64,000 nt of DNA from NCBI RefSeq assembly GCF_000143415.4, contig NW_003314296.1:1587858-1651857 (forward strand), read 5' to 3'. Positions within the stretch are counted from its first letter, which is position 1. Each line of letters opens with the position of its first letter. A program made the translations under genes and the position numbers. Under the pieces are notes generated by a model. It had not been told where the DNA came from and searched no databases. It saw nothing but the letters and a program-made list of their open reading frames with translations. Positions 25,898-37,700 of the stretch are shown here, in pieces. Source of the DNA: Selaginella moellendorffii. Its lineage: Eukaryota; Plantae; Lycopodiophyta.

Positions 25898-26696
25898 TGT
25901 AGCGCACCTTATTTCTCTCCTCTTAAGCCAACTGGAAAAGGGGCAATTACTTGATGAGAGAGCTCTTAGTGGCTATTTTATCCCCATTTGTAGCGCACCT
26001 TATCTCTCTCCCCTTAAGCCAACTGGAAAAGGGGCAATTGCTTGATGAGAGAGCCCTTAGTGGCTATTTTATCCCCATTTATCCCCCAAGGTTCCAAGGA
26101 TCTATGGTGACAGTATATCCAAATCTCATCCCATGATCACATGTGCTACACTCACCCCACCTTCAGAGATGTTAATGTCTTCATTGACTATTGCCTAACA
26201 ACCCCTACTGAGCCAAGGGGAACCAACACCTTCATTTCCACACTCAATCTACCAATCCTTCCATTGTGTAGACCAGCTCAATCTACCAATCCTTCCATTG
26301 TGTAGACCAGCTATTCCATGTGAGGCAACTAGTCATCCACCCGTACCGCAGTCCCACGGTGGATACCTTCGTCCGTGGATACTCTAAACAAGAGGAAGGA
26401 CGTACGCATGGATACCCAATATGTACGATTTCAAATTTAGGGGTAGGAATATACCTTGCTCAAGGGTATATTATATTTTTAAGTAACCACTAATCAATAG
26501 GAATCAAACCCGTGCCATTTGCTCCGATACCAACTGTAGCGCACCTTATCTCTCTCCCCTTAAGCCAACTGGAAAAGGGGTAATTGCTTGATGAGAGAGC
26601 CCTTAGTGGATATTTTATCCCCATTTATCCCTCAAGGTTCCAAGGATCCACGGTGACAATATATCTAAATCTCATCCCATGATCACATGCGCTACA
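25898..26696 (-). mobile_element. TRIM (terminal-repeat retrotransposon in miniature)
   Basis: 162-bp LTRs at 26535-26696 and 25989-26150, plus a 91-bp partial duplicate at 25898-25988. iMet PBS TGGTATCGGAGC, PPT GAAGGTGGGGTGAG, 384-bp non-coding interior, TSD ATTAC. Confidence 0.92.
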
Positions 26697-29600
26697 ATTA
26701 CACACATGTGTATATATAAGATAAGATGGAGTTTGTTGTGAGTGTGGGTGATTTTGAATTTGAGCTTCAATCATTACGAGTGTTGCCAATTAAAATTTTG
26801 ACCTCATCCTTAATATAGATTGATTACAATTACAGATTGATTACAATTACATATAGATTGATCATGCCAAGTGTGACTTTGAAGCCCTTATTTCATACTT
26901 TTTTATATTTCTTCCATTCCTTTCATTTTTATATTTTTACCTTTGTTTCCATCATTTTTATCTCCCATTACTTCCTATTATGTTTTTTTTGCATTCTTTT
27001 ATTTCCTTTCTAAATCCTTTATATAGTCTTTAGGTTGATTAGTTTAAGTAAGAGTATGTTAATTTCTTTGACTTTGATCTGTTATTTGAGGCCAAGATTG
27101 CAATCTATCATCTTATTCCAATTAAGAATGCTTATTCCATCAATGTTCTTATTTAATATTGGTCACCAAAGGAGATTAAGATCTTATGAACAAATCTTTA
27201 AAAGATATTGGAGAAATGTGTTATTTCAAAACCTTAAAGTCCTTAAGTGTGTGAACTTCATTTTGTGATAGAGGTTAATTAGAGTACTTGATTCTACATT
27301 GACTATCATCCATTAAATAATGTGACAATCTCGGATATGTACCTACTTCCTTATATATTGCCAATCTTTTAGATTGTTTAGTTATATATCATATTATGAG
27401 CGCATTCACCAAGTTAAATTTTACTTTTGCTTATTGGCTAAAGAGGATATTCCCAAAATTGTTTTCCATACACCATTTGGTTTGTATGAGTTTTTAATGA
27501 TGCTATTCAGGTTGAACATTACTCCATTGATTTTTTAGCAAATGATGGATGAAGTTCTTTATGATATGTCAAGATTACCAACTTCATTGATAATATCTTT
27601 ATCCACTCAAAGGGGATATTGAGAAGAGCACATCTATGATGTTCATAAAGTGTTGAATTGGTTGTAAAAAGTTAATTTGAAATTGAAGTGGTAAAAATGT
27701 ATATTTAGGACCAAGGATATAATTTGTTTTAAATACTACATTTCTTAGGAAGTTTTGCAAATTGATCTTAATAAACTTGTGGTTGTTTTTAAGTTTCTTA
27801 CTTTGAAATATGTGAACAATATGCAACACTTTCTCAGAAAAGTGAAATATCTTAATTGTTTTACTGATTATTTTTCTAATTGTATTTCACTATTACAAAT
27901 GTTGTTAAAGTTATTAACATTGTCTTTTATCTTGTTTGAGGATTGTTAAGGATTTGTAAATCTTAAAGAGATGTTGATAGTTGTACTATTTAGTGGCTTT
28001 GAAACTTTAAATATATAACTTCAAGGTTGTTTGTTATTCAGGGAGTTCTATAATTCATGTTGAAGCCTTTTTTCAAGCTCCTCTCCCTTTTTCATTCTCT
28101 TTCATATTCTTATTGTTCTAGTATTAATGAATTTTCTAAATGAGGATTTTGTGCCATTAGCAATTGTTATACTTGATATTTAGTATCCACAAGGTGCAGA
28201 ACTAAATTTACATTCTCTTGACGAGGTTCATAAGGCTCAAAAGTTTGAGTTATTTTGTGCTAGATTTGAAAATCTTACATCATTTGCTAATAACTTGTTA
28301 TTTTGGCTACATTCTCAATATCATCTTAAGAACAACTTTCTTTATATTATGAGGATTAATCATTTATGGTTTGTGGTGTCTTTGATCTTTATTCTATGCT
28401 TTCTTTATGTTTAACATGACTTTTCTATTCTAGGGGTGTACATAAGACATCGTCATTTGATTGAGGTATTTCTATTGGTTGGAGATGCAATGTGAATAGT
28501 TTGGTAGAATAGTTTATTCAGGCCTTCAAAGGGATAATTTCAAAGTTTATAAACTTTCAACATTTGAATTGAGATGGTTATTTGCCATCTTTTTGGTATG
28601 TATATATCATGGGGTTATAGAGTTATTATCGCAAATGTAACTTCGGGTATCAAAAGTTATCTGTCAGCCAGTTTTTACGGACACTCTTTCTTTACTACCA
28701 CGACGGTAGGAGGTTAGTATTGCTAGACCCTTTATCAGCCCCTTTTGTGCTAGTGGAGTTAACTAGGCATTTCGAGTGTACTTAGATTAGATGAGCATAA
28801 GGACAGAATTCCTACATGTTATTAGCTAAGCATATTTAGCCCGGTAAGGAGTTCCTGTCTCGTTATGTCTTGCACTTGCTAGTGACAAGACTCCTCGCAT
28901 ATTGAGACTAGTCCCTTAATATCACTGGATGATAGTTTACCGTGTCTGCCAAACACCTTCGTTATCATGCCCTTTGTATTAGTCTCATTTCGGTCCTAAA
29001 TGCTATTTATGGAAAGTGTCTAGATTTGCTCATTTGGCATATCTACAGGATGTAGAAATTGTCCTTAAATACAATTGTGTTTGTCCCGTGTCCAAATTCA
29101 CAATCTAAGCAGAACCCCTCCTACATGTAGCTTTCGAGCTTGTCCTAGAAACTAACTCTTCATACTAAAGGAGGCTTGGGGTGAAATCCCAAGCGTGTGT
29201 TCCTCAAGGGCCGGGGGGGGGGGGGGGGAAAAAAATGTGGGGGAATAAAGGGGGAGGAAAAAGGGTAAGCAGGGGCAAAAAAGGGAACAAAAGAGAGGGG
29301 GGAAAAACGGGCAAAAGGGAGAAACAAAAGGGAGGGAGAAAAGGGTCAAAAAAAAAAAGGGGGGGGTGGGGGGGCAAAAAGAAAAAATGAAAGAAAAGAA
29401 AAAAACAAGGAAAGGGTGGAGAAGGGGTGAAAAACGAAACGGGAAAAAAAAAGGAGGGGGGGGGGAAAATCTACAAGGGGGGGGACAGACAAATCCGGGG
29501 GGGGGGGGGGGGAGGGGGGTTCAAAATGTATAGTAGGGATAGTGGGTAGGTTGGGCATGACTGACTAACCTGAGGCATAGTCTAGCTCTTGCTTGTGTGC

Positions 29601-30792
29601 CTGTCCTTGTTCTGCGTCCGGCTTGGGTCTAGGACCTTGTTCTGCGTCCGGCTTGGGTCTAGGCCTAAGTTCCACACCATGCTAGCTAGTAGAGTACCCA
29701 TGTCCTCGCGTTAGGCCAACAGTATGCCGAAATAGTGCCAGATTCCGTTTGGCTCCATTTTTGTCGCGAATGTGACTTTGGGTATCGAAAGTTACTGTAA
29801 GCAACTATATTTTCCTTTTTACTTTAGTCACTTAACTGCACCTCGGACCACTTGGAGGAGTCTCATTCACAACCTCCATAAGTCCCAGTTAGGACTTGGG
29901 GCTTGCCAGCCTTGAGAATGGCATCCATGCCACTCAACCTTTGCACTTGGTCCAAGTGCTCCACGTGTCCGATCCCATGACCGACACCCCAAGGTACCAC
30001 CGATATACCAGCCCGTTACGCTAGGCCATGCCCATTCACCTTGGTCACACCGGTGGTCTAACACCACTGCATCATAATCCCGTCTCTCAAAGACTAGGCC
30101 ATCCATCCATGAGCGATCATCCCAGATCTACTCCTTAGCATCCTTAGGATGCCCGCAGACATGGGGAATAGCCTTCCCCAACAACTCTTTTCCAGTCCCC
30201 ACCAAGTCCCTTTTAGTCCATGGCCATGTTCACCAACACTACCACTGGATCAAGGCCCGCAGGCCTGACCACTAAGTCCCATTATCCTTTGGGACTTCCT
30301 CACCATGTGACCGTATCCTTGGTCACTACATTAGAGGCCTACTCCTCTTCCCTTTCACTGTTTGGGACTTTGGGACAACATTTCGAAATACCGTGGCCTT
30401 ACGCAAGCCTCATGGGTACTCTCCCCGCCTTTCACCTTTAGGTGCTCTAGCCATGGGCTTAGAGCGAGGTTTCGTTGAGCCACGACAGGTATCCAAGTAG
30501 GTAGTGCCACCCACACTTGGACTGGGAGCATCGGCCAGTCGATCTCCCGGGGGAACTAGAGCCGGCTTTTGAACACTTCACCAAGCTACCCCGCTTGTCG
30601 GCTTGTGTTCACTCTAGTCTTGGACTTCCCAGTGGGCAGCTCATCACCCAACACTGGGTCCGGCCTTCCTGGGCCAAACTGGCCTTTCTTGGCCAAACTG
30701 GCTCCACTGCAGTCCTCCCCATTACTATACTTTTGGAGCTCACCAAACCCCCCAGGGTCTGGGAGACAAACGCTTTGGGCTTTCACCCTCTC

Positions 30793-31590
30793 AGACTCGG
30801 ACTCGGACTCGGACTCGGACTCGGACTCGGACTCGGGCTCGGTCTCGGGCTCGGCCTCGGTCTCGGTCTCGATCCCAATCTCGGTCTCGGTCCCGGTCTC
30901 GGTCCCGGTCTCGGTCTCGGTCTCGGTCTCGACTTCGGACTCCATCTCGGGTCCATCTCGGACTCCATCTTGGACTCCATCTCAGGTCCATCTCGGACTC
31001 CATCTCGTGTCCATCTTGGGTCCATCTCGGACTCCATCTCGGGTCCATATTGGACTCCATCTCGGGTCCATCTCGGACTCCATCTTGGGCTCCATTTTGG
31101 GTCCATCTCAGGTCCACCTCGGACTCCACATCGGACTCCATCTCGGGTCCATCTCGGACTCCATCTCGGGTCCGTCTCGGACTCAATCTCGGATCCATCT
31201 CGGACTCCATCTCGGGTCCACCTCGGACTCCACATCGGACTCCATCTCGGGTCCATCTCGGACTCCATCTCGGGTCCGTCTCGGACTCAATCTCGGATCC
31301 ATCTCGGACTCCATCTCGGGTCCACCTCGGACTCCACATCGGACTCCATCTCGGGTCCATCTCGGACTCCATCTCGGGTCCGTCTCGGACTCAATCTCGG
31401 ATCCATCTCGGACTCCATCTTGGGTCCACCTTGGACTCCACCTCGGACTCCATCTCAAGGTCCTTCTCAGACTCCATCTCAGGGTCCTTCTCGAACTCCA
31501 CTTCGGGCTCCAACTCGGGTCCATCTCGGACTCCACTTCGGACTCCAACTCAGGTCCATCTCGGACTCCAACTTGGGTCTATCTCGGACA
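30793..31590. repeat. Compound (GACTCG)n/(GTCTCG)n and GGACTCCATCTC/GGGTCCATCTC minisatellite in LTR C
   Basis: Seen directly. Homologous, shorter arrays at ~36860-37500 and ~46195-46700. Confidence 0.95.
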
Positions 31591-34500
31591 CTTCCACGTG
31601 TCATGTGTTGGTCCTTTTGGGTCCCTTTTTGGAGCCTCGCTTATTGCTCGCTTCGTGCTCGTTCCTCGAGCACTTTGTTGGGAGTTCCACTCCCGCTCTC
31701 AACCTTTCAAGTCGGAGCTTTTAGTCCAAACTTGTTACGCTCGTTTGGTTTTCGCTTTGGCCACCACCACATGGCACCCTTCCGGCTCCACTTTGGGGCC
31801 TAGGGATTTTGTGTCTCACAACTCCACCACCCATAGACGAAGTTCGATGTCCTCATCGAACGATAAACTATTTTATGAAGTAATACCAACTTGTATTACC
31901 ATTCCCATCCTTGGCCCCTTGCCAATACTTGTCAATGGTCGAATATTGAAGGCTCATCATGCCTTCCCCATCCTCTAAGGAGTATAGTCTCTCCAACTTA
32001 GAGACTGATTGGACCATTTGTGGTGGTTCTCTCCTTTCACTGGTTTAGTTCTCATTAAACTTGTTAGAGACACCTTTTCTAACACAATCCCATTACTCAT
32101 TCTCGAGTGGCCTCACTTTCCATCGATATAACCCTTGCACTTTGGAACTTTTAATTCTGACTTCTTGAAGTCAATTTTTTGGGTGCCTTCGACACCTTGC
32201 ATTGCACATATTGTGCAACTCCACTTTCTCATCCTAGAAGTTCTCTACTTGAGGGCACCATCATCCTTTGTTCGATTTCATGCCACCTTTGGCATTAAGT
32301 TCCAGTTATCATATTTTGTGCTAGGGCTGTCCACGGCCCTATCATTTGGCTACCTTACTGCTCCCACCTTTGGAGCTTCCGCTTTCGCCAAATCGGAGCA
32401 ATTGAGAATCCATCCTTGGGAACACATTGCCTTTCCGACAATCCGTTAGCACCCAACACCTTAGTGTTCTTGGCCTAACTTTGCCATTTGGATTCTTTCC
32501 CATGATTCCTATGGCTCTTTACTTAGCCACAGTCTTTTGCTCCTATCCTTGATTGTTGCACTCAGCAACATAGGATCGCTACCTCCATTTTCGAGGTATC
32601 CTTTCGGTTCTATAGCAAAGACTCTTCTTTGCCAAGTCCGAAGGGTGTTCACCCCTAGTACGTCTCTTTAGCATCTTTTGCTGTGGGCTTTATCCATGGC
32701 CCAACTTCATGACCCTCCCAGGGGTCTCTTATAGAGACTACTTTCCTCGGACTCACTATGCCATCGCATTGACATATCTCATTTCCCTTAAGTGCTCTTC
32801 CCTCTTGGTCATCTTGACCAAGCCACACCATCTTAAATAGTTCAAATCAACATTTTGAACTAGGAACTTCATTCCTTAGCCAACCAAGGACCTTGTCCTT
32901 ATTTGGCCATAAGATCACCTAGTGATCTCACCTCAGCACCTTAATAGAGTTGCCAAGAGGTACTTGGTCTTCTAGACCTTCAAGTTGTTGACCATAACCC
33001 CGGGGGCATCCCCCACGCTTGGCAGTGCACCCAAGCCAGCCCTTACGGCCAAGGGTCCATAGCAACTGAGATTAGGTGTCCCCATCTCACTCACCACGTC
33101 CTTGGTGCCACTTGCACCAAAGCGTTCAAGTTAGATATGCCGAGCTTTCACACTAAACAATCTAACTGTGCATCACGACTCTGAGGCATCCCTCGCTTGG
33201 CGGTGTGCCCAAACCAGTCTCCCCACTGAGAGTCCATAACCACAAATATGAGTGTCCTCATATTCCAAACCATCACCATGCCCTAATGATTTGGGACTCG
33301 AACCCAAGCACGGGTCGGGACTCGAACCCAACCTCCGTATATGCATCTACGGACGGCATCACACAAGATGCCTAGCGTGACTCCCCACGCCGGTGCACCA
33401 ACCTATATTTAAAGTGCGCTACAGATCACAGCTTAGGAACCTAGTTCCTCCACACTGCCAAGTCCTCTCACTTGACATGTCTGTGATCATGTATAGACTC
33501 CTTCATGCTTGGCCCCATAGGCCACCCTTTTTGAAGTTAGCACCTTCAACTAGGGTATTTGTTCCCCCCGACTTGTTAATCTCACTTAGCAAGTCATCTA
33601 GCCACCGTAACATGGTTCCTGCATAAGCGTGAAAGTCCTTAACCATTGACTTTCGTTCAAAGCCCTCTCTTTGAACACTCGGGAACTACTTTCCCAACCT
33701 TGATAGCCTCGCCTCATGGCAAACTTCAAGACTATGCTTCTGCTGCGCCACTCTGATTTCACGCATTCTATGAACCATTTACACTTGGCTTTCTAGGTAT
33801 CTAGTTACCTAGAATTGTTTTTTTTTTTTGGGAACCTTTCGAAGGAACTCTGTCCCTTTAGCTTGCCAATGCCTCTCCTTTCGTAAGCTTTCCAATTGCC
33901 ATATAGTCTAACATGGACAATCCCATGTTTTTGACTCTCCATGGCATCCCGGTTACTAGTAACAACATGCTTGAGTGCCCACTTGATTTTCCACTCCCAA
34001 CTTGCATAACCACCCTTGGTCATGCCTGTCAATTCCTATGGTTCAGTTCTATCCCTTTACTACTTGCTTTTGGCTTCACACCTTTCCTTCGGTCATTCTC
34101 CTCCAAATTAGGAGGATAGCTTTGCACTTTCTATCATGCCTTGGCAAGTATTCATAGGGATGAACCTACCCGACAGCCTAGGGAGTGGTTTCTCAATTTG
34201 GGTATACTCACCTTGTAATCCCACACACTGGGATTACCGTTGCTACTTATGGGCCTTTATATGCCTATCACTAGCCTTGCTAAAATCCCTCTTTGGCTTT
34301 GTCCAATTTGGGTAGACGGACTTCTCCCGTTTCCACAACCTTGGACATTTGGATAGCACCTCCTATCCTTCATTAGCTAGGGACTTTGTCCCTTGGGCAT
34401 TATCCATTGCCCTCATGACACCAAACATCACCTTCTAGTGTTCTAGAGTGCTTGGGTGTCCCAATGATGGCCTCTTTGGCAATGAGCATTCCCTTTACGA

Positions 34501-37500
34501 CATTGACTTACTATTTCGCAGCATAAGCAATTTATCCCTCATAAGGGTATATCTAACTTCTTTATCCCAATAAGAAGTCTTAGGTAGTTGCCTTCTACCC
34601 GTTTAACAAATTATTTTGCCCCTTTTGTTTAATTGCCTCATAGTTGTCAAGTCCTACAACTCATTGCTGGTGTTTCCACACCTCCATCATTATCTGGGTC
34701 ACCACACTCTAACCGCATGCTTTCTAGCTTAAGCTATGCCATTCCTATTTCCATTGGGATTCCTTTGGACGGAGTTCTCATGAACCCGCCAACTTGACCT
34801 CAAGGTAGCACGCCTTAGCACCTTCGGCTCCACGAGCCTATCCTTATAACACTATTTATTAATGTTTAGGTCTTTGCCAAGACCAATATAGTTGTTCCTC
34901 ATGCTAACTATTCGTTAGCACCGCACCATAGTGTTTGCACCCAACTCTAGGCCAAAGTTGCTTTCTTCTGGGAACATCTTTCCCACGACTTTAATATAGC
35001 ACATTCTGCCATCAATGAGATACTCACTGTTCTCATACTTGGATCTTATGATCCTCCCCATACCTCATGGGGCACCATACACCTCCATCCAAATGCTTCA
35101 ACCAATCCCTTAGGACCATTCCCTGACTCCACTTGAGTCATCCAGCATTTTAGACTTTGCTAATCCAACGACCTGCGAGGTTTTAGTCTTCGAGGTGTCA
35201 ACTCGCTGGAATACAACTTCTTGTATTCAGGTCCTGCTCACAAGGACCATCTTTGCAAGTGTTCCTCCGACACTTGATTTGTTCTCTTGGGGCAACCTTT
35301 TGCCCCTTAGGACCACTTGTTTATGTGATGAGAATACCAACTCATCCTCTGAGTACACCCCCAACTCCTTGGGTTGTTCCAGCATTTATTAGAGGTAGCC
35401 CCGGCTACTATTTCAAGGACTTGTGTCCTCTTCTGTATTTGACCTCCCATGGTCATCAATTCTGGTCTCAAAGTTATGAGCACCAGCCTCAACTATATGA
35501 GGGTAATCTTGTGACTCCTTTATTGTTTTGGAGTCTACATCTTTCCCGTGATCCCAACTATAATTGTTTACCACAACTATGTTAGCCCGTTTGCTATGTC
35601 AAACACTCATCTGGATCACATCCTCAGCTCTCTGAGGAAACCTTATACTATTCCCAATATCCCAAAGTTGTTCCATTATTGGCCCTTTTCTATCCACCAC
35701 CTTGTCTACAAGTTCCCACATGAACTGTAATGGAGAGCCATGTCTTCCTGACCTGCTACTCCTCAAGGATAGGCCCACTCCTCGGACCTACCGATGCCAA
35801 CACCAGTGGTGATATACTTGAGCACCAATAAAAGTCGAACTAAGGAACAGCTCCGATACCAAATGTAAACGACTAATTTTTCCTTTTTACTTTAGTCACT
35901 TAACTGCACCTCCGACCACTTGGAGGAGTCTCATTCACAACCTCCATAAGTCCCAGTTAGGACTTGGGGCTTGCCAGCCTTGAGAATGGCATCCATGCTA
36001 CTCAACCTTTGCACTTGGTCCAAGTGCTCCAGGTGTCCGATCCCATGACCGACACCCCAAGGTACCACCGACATACCAGCCCGTTACGCTAGGCCATGCC
36101 CATTCACCTTGGTCACACCGGTGGTCTAACGCCACTGCATCATAATCCCGTCTCTCAAAGACTGGGCCATCCATCCATGAGCGATCATCCCAGATCTACT
36201 CCTTAGCATCCTTAGGATGCCCGCAGACATGGGGAATAGCCTTCCCCAACAACTCTTTTCCAGTCCCCACCAAGTCCCTTTTAGTCCATGGCCGTGTTCA
36301 CCAACACTGCCACTGGATCAAGGCCCGTAGGCTTGACCGCTAAGTCCCACTATCCTTTGGGACTTCCTCACCATGTGACCGTATCCTTGGTCACTACATT
36401 AGAGGCCTACTCCTCTTCCCTTTCACCGTTTGGGACTTTGGGACAACATTTCGAAACACCGTGGCCTTACGCAAGCCTCATGGGTACTCTCCCCGCCTTT
36501 CACCTTTAGGTGCTCTAACCATGGGCTTAGAGCAAGGTTCTGTTGAGCCACGACAGGTATCCAAGTAGGTAGTGCCACCCACACTTGGACTGGGAGCATC
36601 GGCCAGTCGATCTCCCGGGGGAACTAGAGCCGGCTCTTGAACACTTCACCAAGCTACCCCACTTGTCGGCTTGTGTTCACTCTAGTCTTGGACTTCCCAG
36701 TGGGCAGCTCATCACCCAACACTAGGTCCGGCCTTCTTGGGCCAAACTGGCCTTTCCTGGCCAAACTGGCTCCACTGCAGTCCTCCCCCTTACTATACTT
36801 TTGGAGCTCAGCAAACCCCTCAGGGTCTGGGAGACGAACGCTTTGGGCTTTCACCCTCTCAGACTCGGACTCGGACTCGGGCTTGGTCTCGGGCTCGGGC
36901 TCGGTCTCGGTCTCGGTCCCAATCTCGGTCTCGGTCCCGGTCTCGGTCTTGGTCTCGGTCTCGACTTCGGACTCCATCTCGGGTCCATCTCGGACTCCAT
37001 CTCGGACTCCATCTCAAGTCCATCTTAGACTCCATCTCGGCCTCCATCTCGTGTCCATCTTGGGTCCATCTCGGACTCCATCTCGGGTCCATCTCGGACT
37101 CCATCTCGGGTCCATATCGGACTCCATCTCGGGTCTATCTCGGACTCCATCTTGGACTCCATTTCGGGTCCATCTCAGGTCCACCTCGGACTCCACATTG
37201 GACTCCATCTCGGGTCCATCTCGGACTCCATCTTGGGTCCGTTTCGGACTCAATCTCGGATCCATCTCGGACTCCATCTCGGGTCCACCTTGGACTCCAC
37301 CTCGGACTCCATCTCAGGGTCCTTCTCGGACTCCATCTCGGGGTCCTTCTCAGACTCCACTTCGGGCTCCAACTCGGGTCCATCTCGGACTCCACTTCAG
37401 ACTCCAACTCGGGTCCATCTCGGACTCCACTTCGGACTCCAACTCGGGTCCATCTCGGACTCCACTTCGGACTCCAACTTGGGTCCATCTCGGACACTTC

Positions 37501-37700
37501 CACGTGTCATGTGTTGGTCCTTTTGGGTCCCTTTTTGGAGCCTCGCTTATTGCTCGCTTCGTGCTCGTTCCTCGAGCACTTTGTTGGGAGTTACACTCCC
37601 GCTCTCAACCTTTCAAGTCGGAGCTTTTAGTCCAAACTTGTTACGCTCGTTTGGTTTTTGCTTTGGCCACCACCACATGGCACCCTTCTGGCTCCACTTT

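Noticed and set aside
25989-26150. Cassandra (5S rRNA-bearing) TRIM
   Set aside because: No 5S A-box or C-box sequence is visible in the LTR.
29210-29520. G/A-rich low-complexity stretch and its ORFs
   Set aside because: Probably low-quality base calls next to a poly-G tract; 38030-38270 is likewise a garbled version of ~44150-44380. A real ~300-bp insertion here cannot be excluded.
29605-29663. ~30-bp tandem duplication in B LTR1
   Set aside because: Copy-specific slippage with no wider significance.
30793-31590. CRISPR-like appearance of the repeat array
   Set aside because: There are no unique spacers and no cas genes, and the context is a eukaryotic LTR.
30517-31978. 428-aa and 469-aa ORFs (and similar ones at 36637-37773 and 45972-46935) rich in SD/LG/RT repeats
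   Set aside because: By-products of a stop-free minisatellite that is open in most frames. They lie inside LTRs, and frames are not conserved between copies.
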